Source: Eledone cirrhosa (lineage: Eukaryota). From it: a stretch of 64,000 bases of DNA. The position numbers and the translations under genes are program-made. The notes beneath the pieces were generated by a model. The model saw only the letters and a list, made by a program, of their open reading frames with translations. It was not told the DNA's origin and did no database searches. The stretch lies in NCBI GenBank assembly GCA_964016885.1, contig OZ024754.1:7502001-7566000 (forward strand), given 5' to 3'. Shown here piece after piece: positions 1 to 12,580 of this stretch (position 1 is its first letter; each line of letters starts with the position of its first letter).

Positions 1-2149
1 ATGCATATATATGTCTGTGTATATATATATATGTGTGTGTATGCGTGCGTGTTTGTATATATATATATGTGTGTGTATGTATGTGTGTGTGTTTGTGTAT
101 GTATATATATGTGTATATGAATATATGTGTGTCTGTAGGTATATATATTTGTGTGTTTTTCTTTCCCTTTCTCTCTGTGAGTGTGTATTACAAAATATTT
201 GACCGAATTATAATAGTTGCGTTCAAATACGACAGAGGTCTAAACTAAATTTACCAATGCTATGCTGAGCTCCATCTTTCTTCAATATCTTCCTCTCGCT
301 ATCACTCACTGTCCTTCTCTGTAAGAAATCTCAGTGTTGAAAGTATAGGGAGCGATCGACTACGCCCGGTTTAGATAGCCCCGTATAATTACGTAAGTCA
401 GACTGGAACCACTGCAAATCTAATTCATCGAATTTCCCTTGTCTACCCATATTGGTTAGTCATACACCTGTTTTATATAAATTATTAGAAATCAACATCT
501 GAATTCAAATCCAGCCGAGTTTAGCTTTGCCTATCATCTTTACGTGGTCGATAAAATAAAATACCAGTTATACACTGGTCTTAAATCAATTGACTTTCCA
601 CTACCTCAAAATTGTTGGCTTTCTGTCTAATTCAGAAACCATTGTATATCAACGCCAACATCGTAACGATATATATGTAACTTTGTTTATAAATTCCATA
701 TTATAGTCGAATAAAACACACTTTGTATTCTATAAGTACTATGTCTTTTTTCTATTACGTTGTGAAATATAAAATCAAATATCACATGACAGAGGAGGTT
801 AAACAAATGTAAAGAAAATCACTACAATTCAAGCAGGAAATAGAGAAACGACTTAAGTAAATGAGATGTCAGGCAAAGCTGAAAGAAAGAGTGGAAATAT
901 ATACAGACTAAGATGGGGAATGAGGTCGTATTATAAAATATGGGAAAAAAATATAACGTTGTCTTATTGTTATGAGAGAAGGAAAGTTGTAATGGCGCCT
1001 AAGTTTATAGGTTCCGCAAAATTATTTCTGTTGAAAATAAAAATAAAACGGCAATGCATTTGTTTGTAATGTATATTTTATGTAAATAAAAATGTGGTAA
1101 AAGTACATAGTGTAATAACATCCATACAATTGATTTCCAATATAAAATCTATAATTTAAGGCTTTTAACACCATTTCAGTTATTGTAAATGAAACTATTT
1201 TTGTTTCCATCCGTGTAGTTTCAGTCCTTACATATACAAAGCTAACTGAGAACTGTCATTATTATTTCCAGTTCAAAAGATAGAAACATTATTTCAATTG
1301 TGAGAAGTATATGTTATTGTAGATATATCACATGATGCTTTCTTCTCACGCTCTGCCTCTTCGGATATGCTTTCCAATTTATCTTGTTTACATATACTAT
1401 AAAGGAAATGTGTCAGTGTATGTATGTGTATTGATGTTTCACTATGTCCGCATATGTATGCCTGTAAGTATTTGCATTATTGTGACGACAGTATATTTAA
1501 GAGTACTGTCAGTGTTGTCTCGTTATAAAATTATAAGAATAAATCACAAATAAACGAAGCTATTTGAAAGACAATATTTACTCGTAAACTATCGGTGCCT
1601 TAAAAGTGTTTTTTTCTTCTTCTGTTAGTACATTGTTCTATAGAATACATCTATAGATTGTTACCCATCACTGGGAATAGACAGTTATAATCTACTTAAA
1701 TTTAGAACGATACCTTCACCGTGAAAAGTGTCAGATGTGCCAGACTGATTTCAATCCTGCATTTGGGAAAGTATGAATAAAAGAGCATAGTGTTTAACTA
1801 TCTGAGAAGATATTTGCTTATGAAGTCAGTATCAAGAACAGCTTCCGGATAAGCCAATTTGCAAGAATTAATACATCCATTCAGGTCTAGTTCGAAAAAT
1901 AAATTCTTGTGCGTTAGCAACGTGGTTACAATATGCTATAGAATAAATCAATAGAATTTCAGAGAGTATTTGGTCTAAGTGACGTAATATTTATAGAATA
2001 TCTTCATAGATACAAGAAGACGGAGCAGCCTGACTTGTTTCATTGCAATTATATCACGGACCGATTAAAATCTTTAACACCTCAGAGAAATATTTGTTAT
2101 AAAGTCACAACGAAAGTAGGCTTCAATAAAATAGATTGTCTCTATGACG

Positions 2150-2480
2150 TTAAACTCTGCCTGTGTTGCAGACTAAGCATAAACATGTAATATCTCTCTC
2201 CGCAGAGTTTAAAGAATACAGACCAAGTCCAGTCCATAAATTGACATTGTCAAGCAGTTTGAGTGCTCTTGACTTGACAACTGATGTATTAGGTCTAAGT
2301 TTGGTAATGTTGAGCAGCTTACTGACAAAGATACGGTCACTGAACCGCTTGCCAGTCATAAGTCTCATGATGTGATTCTGGAATTTAGAGAGCTTCTGAA
2401 GTGACCTTGTCGTCCAATTAACACAGTCAAGATACATAATACAACTGGTATAAAAGATCTTAGATTGTGATTTGCATAAA
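2150..2480 (-). mobile_element. Decayed LINE (RTE-like) post-RT region
   Basis: MYLDCVNWTTRSLQKLSKFQNHIMRLMTGKRFSDRI..KLL resembles the LYGxETW..L..F....LRxI....DRxxN..VL C-terminal motif of RTE-type ORFs. Confidence 0.55.
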
Positions 2481-2659
2481 TTGAGGCAATCCTGGTAACA
2501 AATTCGATAAATAAATATATATATTATATTAACAATATATTGTTGTTATATGATTGGTGTTTTACAGAATTGTAAATCGACCACAAGAGTTGTTACTCTG
2601 TTGGAAACCTACACCATCGTAGAATCTTGGTGGCATCATGGAGAGACTGGGTGAAAATG

Positions 2660-2845
2660 ATGAGATGTGAGGGGAGCACAACTCCCAATGAACTCTTTTA
2701 TAATGTCGTTTTCTTAATTTCTCACACCCAATAGCAATATCTGCTTTATAGCATAATCTGTCCATCGTTGTTAACTTTGACCCAATTGGTCCTGAGTGCC
2801 TGGTCTTCTGCGGCAGTAATAATGGTTTCAGTGCTCTTTTAAATC
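2660..2845 (-). mobile_element. R4/Dong-clade (RLE) non-LTR retrotransposon remnant
   Basis: Minus frames give STETIITAAEDQALRTNWVK and GCEKL..RH..VHWELC, matching the ETE..I.AAQDQAL.T ... C..L....RH.....HW.LC region before the restriction-like endonuclease. Confidence 0.75.
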
Positions 2846-2846
2846 T

Positions 2847-3277
2847 AATAAGGATTTCTAGTATAGGCCCAATACCAGTAATTTGGGGGGAAGGGAAAGA
2901 CGATTAAATCGACCCCAGTACGTGACTGGTACTTTATATTATCGACCCCGTAAGGATGAAAGGCAAAGTTAACTTCGGCGTGATATGAACTTTGACCGTA
3001 AAGGGTCGTAACCCTATGCTGCAAAGCATGGTGTCCACGCTCTACCGATACAGTCAATCCACCGCTCTTTTTTAACCCAATAATAATAATTGTTTCTACT
3101 TTAGGCACAAGGCCAGCAATTACCCAGTACATTACTCGTACTTTATTTTATCGACCCCGTAAGGATGAAAGGCAAAGTTAACCACGGCGGGATTTGAGCC
3201 TAGACTGTAAAGGGACGTAACTCTATGCTGCAAAGCATGGTGTCCGATCCTCTACCGATACTGCCAATTCACCGCCC
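2847..3277 (-). mobile_element. Two tandem tRNA-derived Deu/Nin-domain SINEs (2847-3066, 3081-3277)
   Basis: Family consensus: A box TGGCAGTATCGG, B box GAGTTCAAATCC, GCCTTTCATCCTTACGGGGTCGATAAAATAAAGTACCAG, tail GTAGAAACAATTATT. A degenerate + copy lies at ~495-640. Confidence 0.9.
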
Positions 3278-3317
3278 TTATAATAATAATAATAATCTAC
3301 TGCTCTACTTTAGATAA

Positions 3318-3590
3318 GTGGAAGGACGTGGCCTAGTGGTAAGGGTGTTGGACTTACGATCATAATTTCTTGGGTTTGATTCCTGAGTTACGTGTTGTGT
3401 TCTTGAGCAAAACACTTCATTTAACATTACTCCAGTATACTCAGCTGAAAATGAGTACCAGCAATAGCTGGGGTTTTAACTCTGTGATGGACTGGCGTCC
3501 TGTCCAGGGGCAGTCTTGTACTCTCAGTCGCTTCACGCCATGAAACCGGGATAAGCACCGGCCAAATGAGCCTTCTGGCCTAACACAAAT
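3318..3590 (+). mobile_element. Second tRNA-derived SINE family
   Basis: GTGGCCTAGTGG A box, GGTTTGATTCC B box, TTGAGCAAAACACTT, GATGGACTGGCGTCCTGTCCAGGGG..GAAACCGGGATAAG. A partial copy is at ~33470-33590. Confidence 0.75.
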
Positions 3591-4883
3591 TTTAGACTAC
3601 TTTAGATATTTGGTGTACTTTCCTTTCTATGTGACATTACCCGTTGTTTAATGCTAATTGTAACCTCGCCCTGGCATCATCTTAACGACATATTTGATAT
3701 GAATGGCAAGCAATACATTTGTGAACCTGTACAGGGGACATAGGAGATTATGACTAATTAAAGAAGTGCATGGAAGAGTGAGCTTTTCCACTGTATTATA
3801 CGTGGCGTATATTGTTTGTTTGATTTATACCATTGGCTTCAGTCCATCTACATTGGAAGATAAATCCTCTTAAATTATGGGATTAAAATATTTGATATAT
3901 ACTGATTTTATCCAGCAGAAAACTATTTAAGCCAAAGTTTAATTGTAAGAAGTCAGAAGATATGGTGTTCCTTTATCTAAGTGCTATATATTGCAATATA
4001 TCATTTATGTTTAAAGCAGGAACAATAACAAAGAATGATATAGACCTTTAAAACTAATCCAAGGACCAACATCTGGATTAATATATTAAGCCAGAGTATG
4101 GACAAGCAAAGCAGTTTCAAACCAAAATTCGAACTAAAAGGTCATATAACTACACACTGCAACATTCCACCCCCCAAAACGTTAACTCTTCTGGCAAAAT
4201 ATTGAGGAAAATGCCGATATAATATGTCTGAGATTTTAACCAATACGAAAGAAAAACAACTGAAAACTGGCCAAGGTTCAGATTGATAATGTTTTCGTCT
4301 ATTTATATACAGTTTTTATATGTATTGGGGGAATTCGTAGTTGAATTCACATCTTGAGTTATTGTGGTACATTTTAGTAACGAGCTGTCTATATATCTGT
4401 ACATTCCCGAGTGGATAAATGGACATGAATGTTAAATGTTCTCTGCTGATTTTCTGTTCCTTTTTAAATATTTTAACAACGATCTGACTCCTCCTCTGAC
4501 TAAGATATACATGATTTATTTCATGTTAGCTTTATAAACTTATCTATTTGGTAATGATTTATAGAAATGTATTTTATTATCCTGTCGAAATTTACCAATT
4601 GTTTTCCAAGTACGATGGAAAAGTCAGATTTGTTTAGTTATGTATATTTGTTTAAAGTGGCACAACGTTCATAACATTTTATCTACTCTATCACACATAA
4701 CGAAAGAATGGTTCCAGATTAAAATATTAACATAATTTTCTTCAAGTGAAATTTGCTATACTTATAATGATTCCATTTCCTCAGAGGAATAACAACACAA
4801 CCAGGAGCTGGACATATCGATGGATTGAAGGAGTAAAACACACTTCAACAACATGTGTACCTGTCCTTCCCACACCAATTCGG

Positions 4884-4938
4884 ACTGCCTGAAGAGGTCA
4901 CAGCCAATGATGGCAGTCACCGAAATATATATAGCAGT
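4884..4938 (+). ncRNA. Type I hammerhead ribozyme (Penelope-like element associated)
   Basis: ACTGC-CTGAAGA-GGTCAC..GTCACC-GAAA-TATATA-TA-GCAGT. Intact core, 5-bp helix I, helix II, palindromic minimal helix III, UA cleavage site. Confidence 0.8.
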
Positions 4939-5090
4939 ATATCTATAATTTGTAATTAACGAAGCCGAATGTTACATATTTGATTTAATTATTTTACATT
5001 ACTCCGGAGTAAACAAACCAACCTGCGTACTTCGTCGAGTGTTCCAATCTGTATACAGAGGTGTCGGTAAACAACCAACATATACTCACA

Positions 5091-5167
<77 letters not shown>

Positions 5168-5419
5168 TTTATACAGTATCTTCCAACGGTTTTCAACATC
5201 TCTATGTAAAAAATATATCTCCTCTCAGTTATAAAAACTATCTCTTTCTCTCTATCACCCATCTCTCCCTCTCATCTCCTTCCCTTTTCATCCTCCCCCC
5301 CCCCTCTCTAAATAAAATATTTTTCCCAGTATCACACATCAATCTAAAACCACTTTTCATATGTTGATTTAAAACTGCACTATCCACAAGTGTTTTTTAG
5401 CCTTCATATCATGTTCTCC

Positions 5420-5490
5420 TATTTTATCTGATGAAAACACAAATATTATTGCATGATGATGTTTGTTTTTGAAATGCGCATAATAAAATA
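5420..5490 (+). ncRNA. Type I hammerhead ribozyme
   Basis: TATTTTAT-CTGATGA-[~16-bp helix II with G.U pairs, GCAT loop]-GAAA-TGCGCA-TA-ATAAAATA. Perfect 8-bp helix I and palindromic loop III. Confidence 0.8.
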
Positions 5491-5640
5491 TATGGAACTC
5501 CTTTAACCATCTTTTGATCTTATATTATGCATACTCCAGTCCCACAAACTGTAGAGTGCTTCTTATCCGATATCTGCATTGCTTTATTGTACTACAATAA
5601 AACTCACCTCCTACATATATATATATATATATATATATAT

Positions 5641-5833
5641 ACGTTATTCCGGGTTGAATCGGAGGTAACCACAGTAAGTAAGGTACTCAATACATTGCAG
5701 AGTATAAAAGTTTTAATATAGATGAGATTCTACAGGACTAGAACTGTTTCATTCTTTAGAAATCATCAGGAATCTGATGATTTCTAAAGAATGAAACAGT
5801 TCTAGTCCTGTAGAATCTCATCTATATTAAAAC

Positions 5834-5834
<1 letters not shown>
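5641..5834. mobile_element. Fold-back Penelope-like terminal fragment (family 1) in (TA)n
   Basis: Perfect 61-bp inverted arms (5709-5769 / 5774-5834) with a 4-nt loop. Shares CACAGTAAGTAAGGTACTCAATAC with copies at ~6140-6350, ~6900-7090 and ~11848-12010. Contains an HHR. Confidence 0.65.
5726..5774 (-). ncRNA. Type I hammerhead ribozyme, U.U helix-II variant (family 1)
   Basis: GATTC-CTGATGA-T-TTC-TAAA-GAA-T-GAA-ACAG-TTCTAGTC-CTGT-A-GAATC. Helix I 5 bp, helix III 4 bp, GUA site. Confidence 0.7.
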
Positions 5835-5874
<40 letters not shown>

Positions 5875-6036
5875 CAGAGAAAGAGAAAGAGAGAGATCCA
5901 AGGAGTGTAACGCGAAGTTATGTAGGTTCACCCAACCAGGTGAGCACATGACGTCGGTAGCGAGGTGTAGAGCTAGACAGTGAGTAATATATTAATACAA
6001 AGACGTTTGGTTATGCCTTCATTGCGTTTATTGATT

Positions 6037-6119
6037 GGTGACGCGCGTTTCGCTAACGATCAGCTCAAGGTCGTCTGTATCGGCCTTGTCCGACTCTGGA
6101 ATCAAAAGCTCATCGGACC
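6037..6119 (-). ncRNA. Type I hammerhead ribozyme with U4C core change
   Basis: GGT-CCGATGA-GCT..long helix II..AGC-GAAA-CGCGCG-TC-ACC, followed by AATCAATAAA. Palindromic loop III and GUC site. Confidence 0.62.
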
Positions 6120-6137
6120 TCTGTTGGAGTAATGACT

Positions 6138-6352
6138 CACCACAGTAAGTAAGGTACATATTGGATTGTATACAATATTCAATATAGAACTGTTTCATCA
6201 GAAAGGAAATCATCAGGGATTTCCTGATGATTACCTTAGAATGAAACAGTTCTAGTCCTTAAGAAGTCATTTCTATATTAAATCTTGTATATACTCTACT
6301 ATGTATTGAGTACCTTACTTACTGTGGTTACCCCCGTTTGAACCCGAGACTC
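6138..6352. mobile_element. Fold-back Penelope-like fragment (family 1), diverged arms
   Basis: Same sequence family, inverted about CATCAGG-GATTT-CCTGATG. Degenerate HHR at 6218-6268. Confidence 0.55.
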
Positions 6353-6399
6353 TCATATAATATATATATGTATATAATATGGGCTTGAAATAAGAATAG

Positions 6400-6435
<36 letters not shown>

Positions 6436-6539
6436 ATATTAATAAATTTGAAGACTAAAATCCAAAGAGGGCTCGATAAGGATAAATATATATCAAATAT
6501 ATAAGAACCCTAGAGCAAATATGTATTAAATATATATAA

Positions 6540-6587
<48 letters not shown>

Positions 6588-6656
6588 TAACAGATTAAAG
6601 TTTAAGCAAAGAATCGTTGCTTTCACCCTTAACGGGATCTTTGGATTTTTGTCTTC

Positions 6657-6840
6657 TGGCAGTATCGGTAGGCGATCAGACACCATGCTTTGACGCGTAG
6701 AGTTACGGCCCTTGCCATTCTGAGTTCAATTCCCGCCGAGGTTAATTTTGCTTTTCATCCTTACGGGATGGATAAAATAAAGTACCAGTAATGCACTGGG
6801 TATTTGATGGCTTTGTGCCAAAAGTAGAAACAATTATTAT
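6657..6840 (+). mobile_element. Deu/Nin SINE
   Basis: Matches the family consensus. Confidence 0.9.
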
Positions 6841-6899
6841 CTATCTATTTTTATATATATTGTGTGTGTGTGTGTGTATGTATGTGTGTGTATACTAAA

Positions 6900-7090
6900 C
6901 GTAGTTATATTAAACAGATCTGAATACTACAGGACAACGACTGTTTCATTCGTATGGAATCACTAGGAAATACCTTATGATTTCATACGAATTAAACAGT
7001 TCTAGCTCTGTAGAACTGATTTTTATGAAACATAACAATGCCTATACTCTACCAAAGTATTGATTAATTATTAATTCTGGTCATCTCCCG
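6900..7090. mobile_element. Old fold-back copy of family 1
   Basis: CTACAGGAC..CTGTTTCATTC..TCACTAGG / CTTATGATTTC..AAACAGTTCTAG..TGTAGAA. Confidence 0.45.
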
Positions 7091-8224
7091 ATCTCCATTT
7101 CATACTGTGACCCCTGTTCCGATTCTGTTGCCGACTTCCAGTTTATTGTTGCTATTATTGCTTACAACATTAGCCAAGCACATGAAGTATTCGAGAATGT
7201 CTAGCTTTTGTTGGTTCACCTTGATGTCTGCGTCTTGATTATGAAAACCATATATTTGCATTTTAAATTATCATTTCCCGTTTTTCCGTTTGTGTAGTTC
7301 ATCATTCTCGCCTACGTGTATAATTTTAAATATAATAAAAATATCCTCATCATTCAGATTCTATTCTTAAATTCACACACTCGTGGGAGAATATGATATT
7401 GAAGAGAAGAAAGGAAAAGCCTTGAAGGCATTAAACTCTTTATCGGATACATTGGTGGTCTGTTCGTCATATTTGAAGAGTTGAATACATCATTAATGTT
7501 GGCAGGAATTTCAAACAAATATATATTCATCAGATACGAAGTGCGCAGTTGATTGTTCTCGAACTAATTTACAAAGACATCTTGTGTGTTTCTACGTAAA
7601 TCAAATTTATCCCTTTACAGAAGCCACATGAAATGAAGAATGTCATATGATGTTTGGATGTTTTGAAGAATATATGATAACTCTAAGATGGACGGCACCC
7701 ACTGTCATAGTTTATAGTAATATTGTTATAACTGATCAACAACACTTTTGTCGTATTGCCCTTGCTGTTGTTATGAAGGATATCTCCATTAGTTTTATGT
7801 TACAGCCAAGATGACAACAGCATGACGTATTTCATAGGATGTATTATAAATGATAACAAATGAGAGATAAATAGATTAACAAAAAGGCATAACGATACAT
7901 TATCTGAACGAACAAGAATATTATATACTTCAGTCCAAAGTAAATGAAACAGCCTCAATGTTTATAAATACACATATATATGCGAGGAATGGCAAAGAGA
8001 AGTCATGCCTTTATCATTGAAACTGGCCATATCCGGCCAGAATTCTCTCACCTCTTTCTGTTCAAACCAGCCACAACTAGCGGCTCATACTGATATCAAT
8101 GTATTTTTCTCAAAATACATAACATCAAAATCTTATGATTCGATATTATGTGAGATAATTATGTAAGATAGAGTCTTTACCACAAGAATACAATAGGATT
8201 TATAGAGTAATGTAAAATCTAAAG

Positions 8225-8540
8225 CAGGGGTGTGCAACATATTCCATTGGCGGGCAATCTTTTAACATTGGAACAACTATTAGGGCCATTAATATATATT
8301 AAGTACTATTCCAAAGATTCACTACAACTTCTTTCCATAACATGGAACTGGGATATTATAACACACATAACCGTATCAGTGAAGCCCTTTAGTATACGTC
8401 AACTAACAGAATATTGTATTACGGTTACGAAAAACAATTCTAAATAAGCCTATAAGGTAAAAATTCAAAATGGTCATCGTGGGTCGCTCTGGCCTGGCGG
8501 GCCGGATCGTGGCCCGCGAGCCGCCTGTTGCATGCCCCTG
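8225..8540. mobile_element. hAT/Charlie-type MITE
   Basis: TIRs CAGGGGTGTGCAACA / TGTTGCATGCCCCTG; TSD ATCTAAAG/TTCTAAAG; internal GGCCCGCG motifs. Confidence 0.85.
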
Positions 8541-8757
8541 TTCTAAAGGGTTACAGTAACTATTCGCATCATAAGACGACTCATTAGTCGATCTCTCATA
8601 CTTCCACTAAGCAATGAGGGGTTAAGGTTGATCGGAAGGGTGGTGTGTTCCTAGACAGAGATGCTATGAAATAGATTGTATGTCACAGAAAATAAGGGTT
8701 ACGTGTAGCTTTCGTCACTTTGATAGGTTGCTGATAATACAATGCTAGTATCTGTAT

Positions 8758-9060
8758 CAGGCATGGACAACGTGCGGCCCACGAAGATTTATGAATTGCT
8801 CACCTAAGTCACCTAAGTCAAATATTTCTGATTTTTTTTTTGTTTATCTTTCTATCATTTTTACGATGGAGGAAAACAACGTGTACGAATTCTGAAGAAA
8901 CGAATCAGAACAACCTGAGTTACCACCCTTTCTTAATGTGGTCACGTATGTAAATTAGTGCTTGCGGCCCGCCTGATGATGATCCATACCTCATGCGGCC
9001 CGCCTGATGATGAGCCATACCTCATGCGGCCCAATTATCGAAAAAGGTTGCTCATGCCTG
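8758..9060. mobile_element. hAT-type MITE
   Basis: TIRs CAGGCATGGACAAC / GTTGCTCATGCCTG; GCGGCCC subterminal motifs; decayed 8-bp TSD; internal 31-bp tandem duplication. Confidence 0.78.
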
Positions 9061-9207
9061 CACTATATGATAAAGAACAAGGTGCATGGGTTTCCAAGTG
9101 TGACAGCATTGCTAGATTGAAAACCTTAATTTACCCCCACATCATGTGTTCGTTTGATGGGAGGCGGTGGAATGTGTATTGAGTGCATCCACCTTTGTCT
9201 GTCTGTC

Positions 9208-9470
9208 TGGTTGTTGTTGTTGTTGTTGTTGTTGCTGTTGCTGTTGCTGTTGTTGCTATTGCTGTTGCTGTTGTTGTTGATGTTGTTGTTGTTGCTGTTG
9301 TTGTTGCTGTTGTTGTTGCTGTTGTTGTTGCTGTTGTTGCTGTTACTGCTGTTGCTGTTGTTGTTGCTGTTGTTGTTGTTGCTGTTGCTGTTGTTGTTGC
9401 TGTTGTTGCTGTTACTGCTGTTGTTGTTGTTGCTGCTGTTGTTGCTGTTGCTGTTGTTGTTGTTGTTGTG
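9208..9470. repeat. (GTT/GCT)n trinucleotide tract
   Basis: Direct inspection; source of the poly-L/V/T ORFs. Confidence 0.95.
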
Positions 9471-9828
9471 GGAACAGTAGCCACGTTAGTGTTGTTTGTG
9501 TATAGTTGCATTCTAAAATATTTAATGTTGCCTAGACAAGCAAGACATATGCATCCATATATATATATACATACATACATAAACATACATACATATACAT
9601 ACTCACATACGCATACATACATGTACATATACACATATTCATATACACATATTCATACACACATATACATATACATACATGCATATTCATACACACATAC
9701 ACATATATACATATATACATACACACATATACATACACACACATACATACACACATATACATACACACATGTATTAATATCTGTTATCATATGTATCTGT
9801 TACGTGGACAAACACTTACACACATAGC

Positions 9829-9885
<57 letters not shown>

Positions 9886-9887
<2 letters not shown>

Positions 9888-10020
9888 CGAAGGAAATGTG
9901 GTAAGGAACCAGGTGGACCATAACGCACCAAAGTACTCAATACTTAGGGTAGTAGAGTGGGTAATAGGAACGAGTAGGACCCCGACGGCTGAGCTCAAGC
10001 CGTTTCGACGGCTAATTCTA
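9886..10020 (-). mobile_element. Penelope-like fragment (family 3) with 3' half of an HHR
   Basis: AACGAAGGAA.TGTGGTAAGGAACCAGGTGGAC is shared with 14139-14225. The minus strand reads GAA-ACGGCT-TGAGCTC-AGCCGT-C-GGGGTC (helix III plus GUC). Both copies abut (TA)n. Confidence 0.5.
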
Positions 10021-10071
<51 letters not shown>

Positions 10072-11847
10072 TCTCTCCCTCTCTATATATATATATATAA
10101 ATAGAGAGAGAGAAAGAGATGTGTGTGTGTAAAAACATATCTCTCTCTATATATATATATATAAATAGAGAGAGAGATGTGTGTGTGTAAAAACATATAT
10201 ATATGTATATATATATCTATATACACATGTCTATATATTTATATATATTTTTATGTATAATTATGTATGTATTATATATATATGTATGTATTATATATAT
10301 ATGCATATATACATATATATGTGTCTGTGTATCTGCTATTTTTAATAATTAATCAACTGGTTGCCCATGAGTGAAGTGATTATCTTTTCCTGTATGTTTC
10401 TGAAGCCTAATACCTCATGTTAAACAGGTAATGGCTATATATCATGACACCGGTCATCTCTATTAACACTCTAAAATAATCATCAGCGGAGGTCATGCAT
10501 CAAAACGATTTTTTTTCTTTAACCCTATCAACGATTGCTTACATAAATATTAGAATCCCTTCAGCTGGTGATTCTAATCCAACAATTTACGAACAAGTCG
10601 TATAGCGATGTTGGTTTTAACGATTCACATTCAATAACAACATCTGCAAAAGACAGAAAAGTGTTGTAGCTGTCGGCTGCTGAAATTCGAACATTCAAGA
10701 TGGTGGTGATGTTTGCGTTAAATTAAGTCTATGGATTCAGCAGCTCCTGTCTTGGATTAATCTCTTTACTTACAATCTAATTCACATGAGAGAGGATGTG
10801 ACTCAGCATTGCCGAATGTTTAAGATGTTCGCTTTGTAGATATTACGACTCGAGTTCGATCTTAGTGCACGGTATCTTGTGACTGTATATTGTATTATAC
10901 CAATCAAGTGGTTTCCAAATAACTCCTTACTTTAGGAATACTCAGGTTAAAATGAATTCGAAGACAATCTTTTAACCATTTGGCTATACGCACATACAGA
11001 TGCAAATACACATAAACATACGCACACATACAAACACAGATATGCTCACATGAACACACATACTCAATCACACGCAGACAAACGTATACACACAGACAGA
11101 CACAGACATACAAACAAACACACATAAACATACATACACACACACACATACACTCAATCCCCCCCTACACACACACACCTACATACAAACACACACAAAA
11201 AACAAACACAAGCATCCACATAGACACACACACAAATACATACAGACACTCATACAACCACATAGACAGACAGATAGACACACACACACACGCATCCACA
11301 TAGACACACACACAAATACACCCAGGCACTCATAACCACACACACAGACACATGCACACACATACAAACATACACACGCACACACAAACAAACATACACA
11401 CAGACACGCATACACAGTGAAAGAGACTCAAACACATACAATCACACATCCAAACACACAGGCACATACATAAGCGCACACACACACACACATACACACA
11501 TACACACATACACACAGTCATTCAAACACACACACACATACACACAAATCACAGTCTCGCACTGTAGATATAGGAGTAAAGACATCCGTTAATGGTGGAG
11601 AGGACAGGGGAGATTGAAGTAGAGAGAGGCAGGTGTAAATGAGAAGAGATAGATAGATAGAGAGAGAGAGAGGGACAGAGAGAGAGATTGATGAGTAGGC
11701 AATGAGGCGAGAGAGAGAGAGAATGATGTGGAGGCAATGAGGCGAGAGAGAGAAAGAGAAAGAGAGAATGATGTGCAGGCAATGAGAGAGATAGAGAGAG
11801 AGAGAATGATGCGGAGGCAATGATATATATATATATATATATATATA

Positions 11848-12010
11848 CGTAGGTCCCGGGTTGAGTCGGGGATAACTACAGTAAGTAAGGTACTCAATAC
11901 ATGGCAGAGTAAAATTTTTTTATTTTATAGAAGGAGCTTCTACAGGACTAGTACTGTTTCATTCAGATGAAATCTTCAGGAAGCAGAGCTTCCTTCTATA
12001 AAATAAAAAT
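11848..12010. mobile_element. Family 1 Penelope-like fragment in (TA)n, with partial fold-back
   Basis: Homologous to 5641-5770. The TTTTATAGAAGGAGC arm is mirrored at 11988-12004. It splits a GA-rich minisatellite. Confidence 0.6.
11936..11984 (-). ncRNA. Type I hammerhead ribozyme, U.U helix-II variant (family 1)
   Basis: GCTTC-CTGAAGA-T-TTC-ATCT-GAA-T-GAA-ACAG-TACTAGTC-CTGT-A-GAAGC. Helix I shows a compensatory change versus the 5726 copy (GCTTC/GAAGC vs GATTC/GAATC). Confidence 0.72.
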
Positions 12011-12022
12011 AAAAAAATAAAA

Positions 12023-12083
<61 letters not shown>

Positions 12084-12098
12084 TGTGGAGGCAATGAG

Positions 12099-12136
<38 letters not shown>

Positions 12137-12284
12137 GAGAATGATGTGGAGGCAATGAGGCGAGAGAGCGGGTTAATCGAATTGTGGGTATAAGAGGGGA
12201 AGGATGAGGATAGAAAGAGAGAGAGAGGGGTGAGTAATGAAGCACTGAAATATGGCGAAATATTCCAGAACATTCTCGTTTCGA

Positions 12285-12580
12285 CGATGATGATGATGAT
12301 GGCGGTGGTGCTGGAGGTGGTGGGGTGATGATGATGATGGTGGGGATGATGGTGGTGGTGGTGGTGGTGGTGCTGGCGCTGGTGGTGATGATGATGTTGA
12401 TGATAATGGTAGCGGTGCTGGTGGAGGTGGTAGTGGGGTTGATTGTGATGATGATGGTGATGGTGGGAATGACGGTGGTAGCGGTGGTGGTGGTGGCGCT
12501 GGTGGTGATGTTGATGGTAGTGGTGCTGGTGCTGGTAGTGGGGGTGATGATGATGATGATAGTAGTGGTGCTGGTGATGA
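12285..12580. repeat. (TGG/TGA)n tract
   Basis: Direct inspection; source of the poly-H/V ORFs. Confidence 0.95.
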
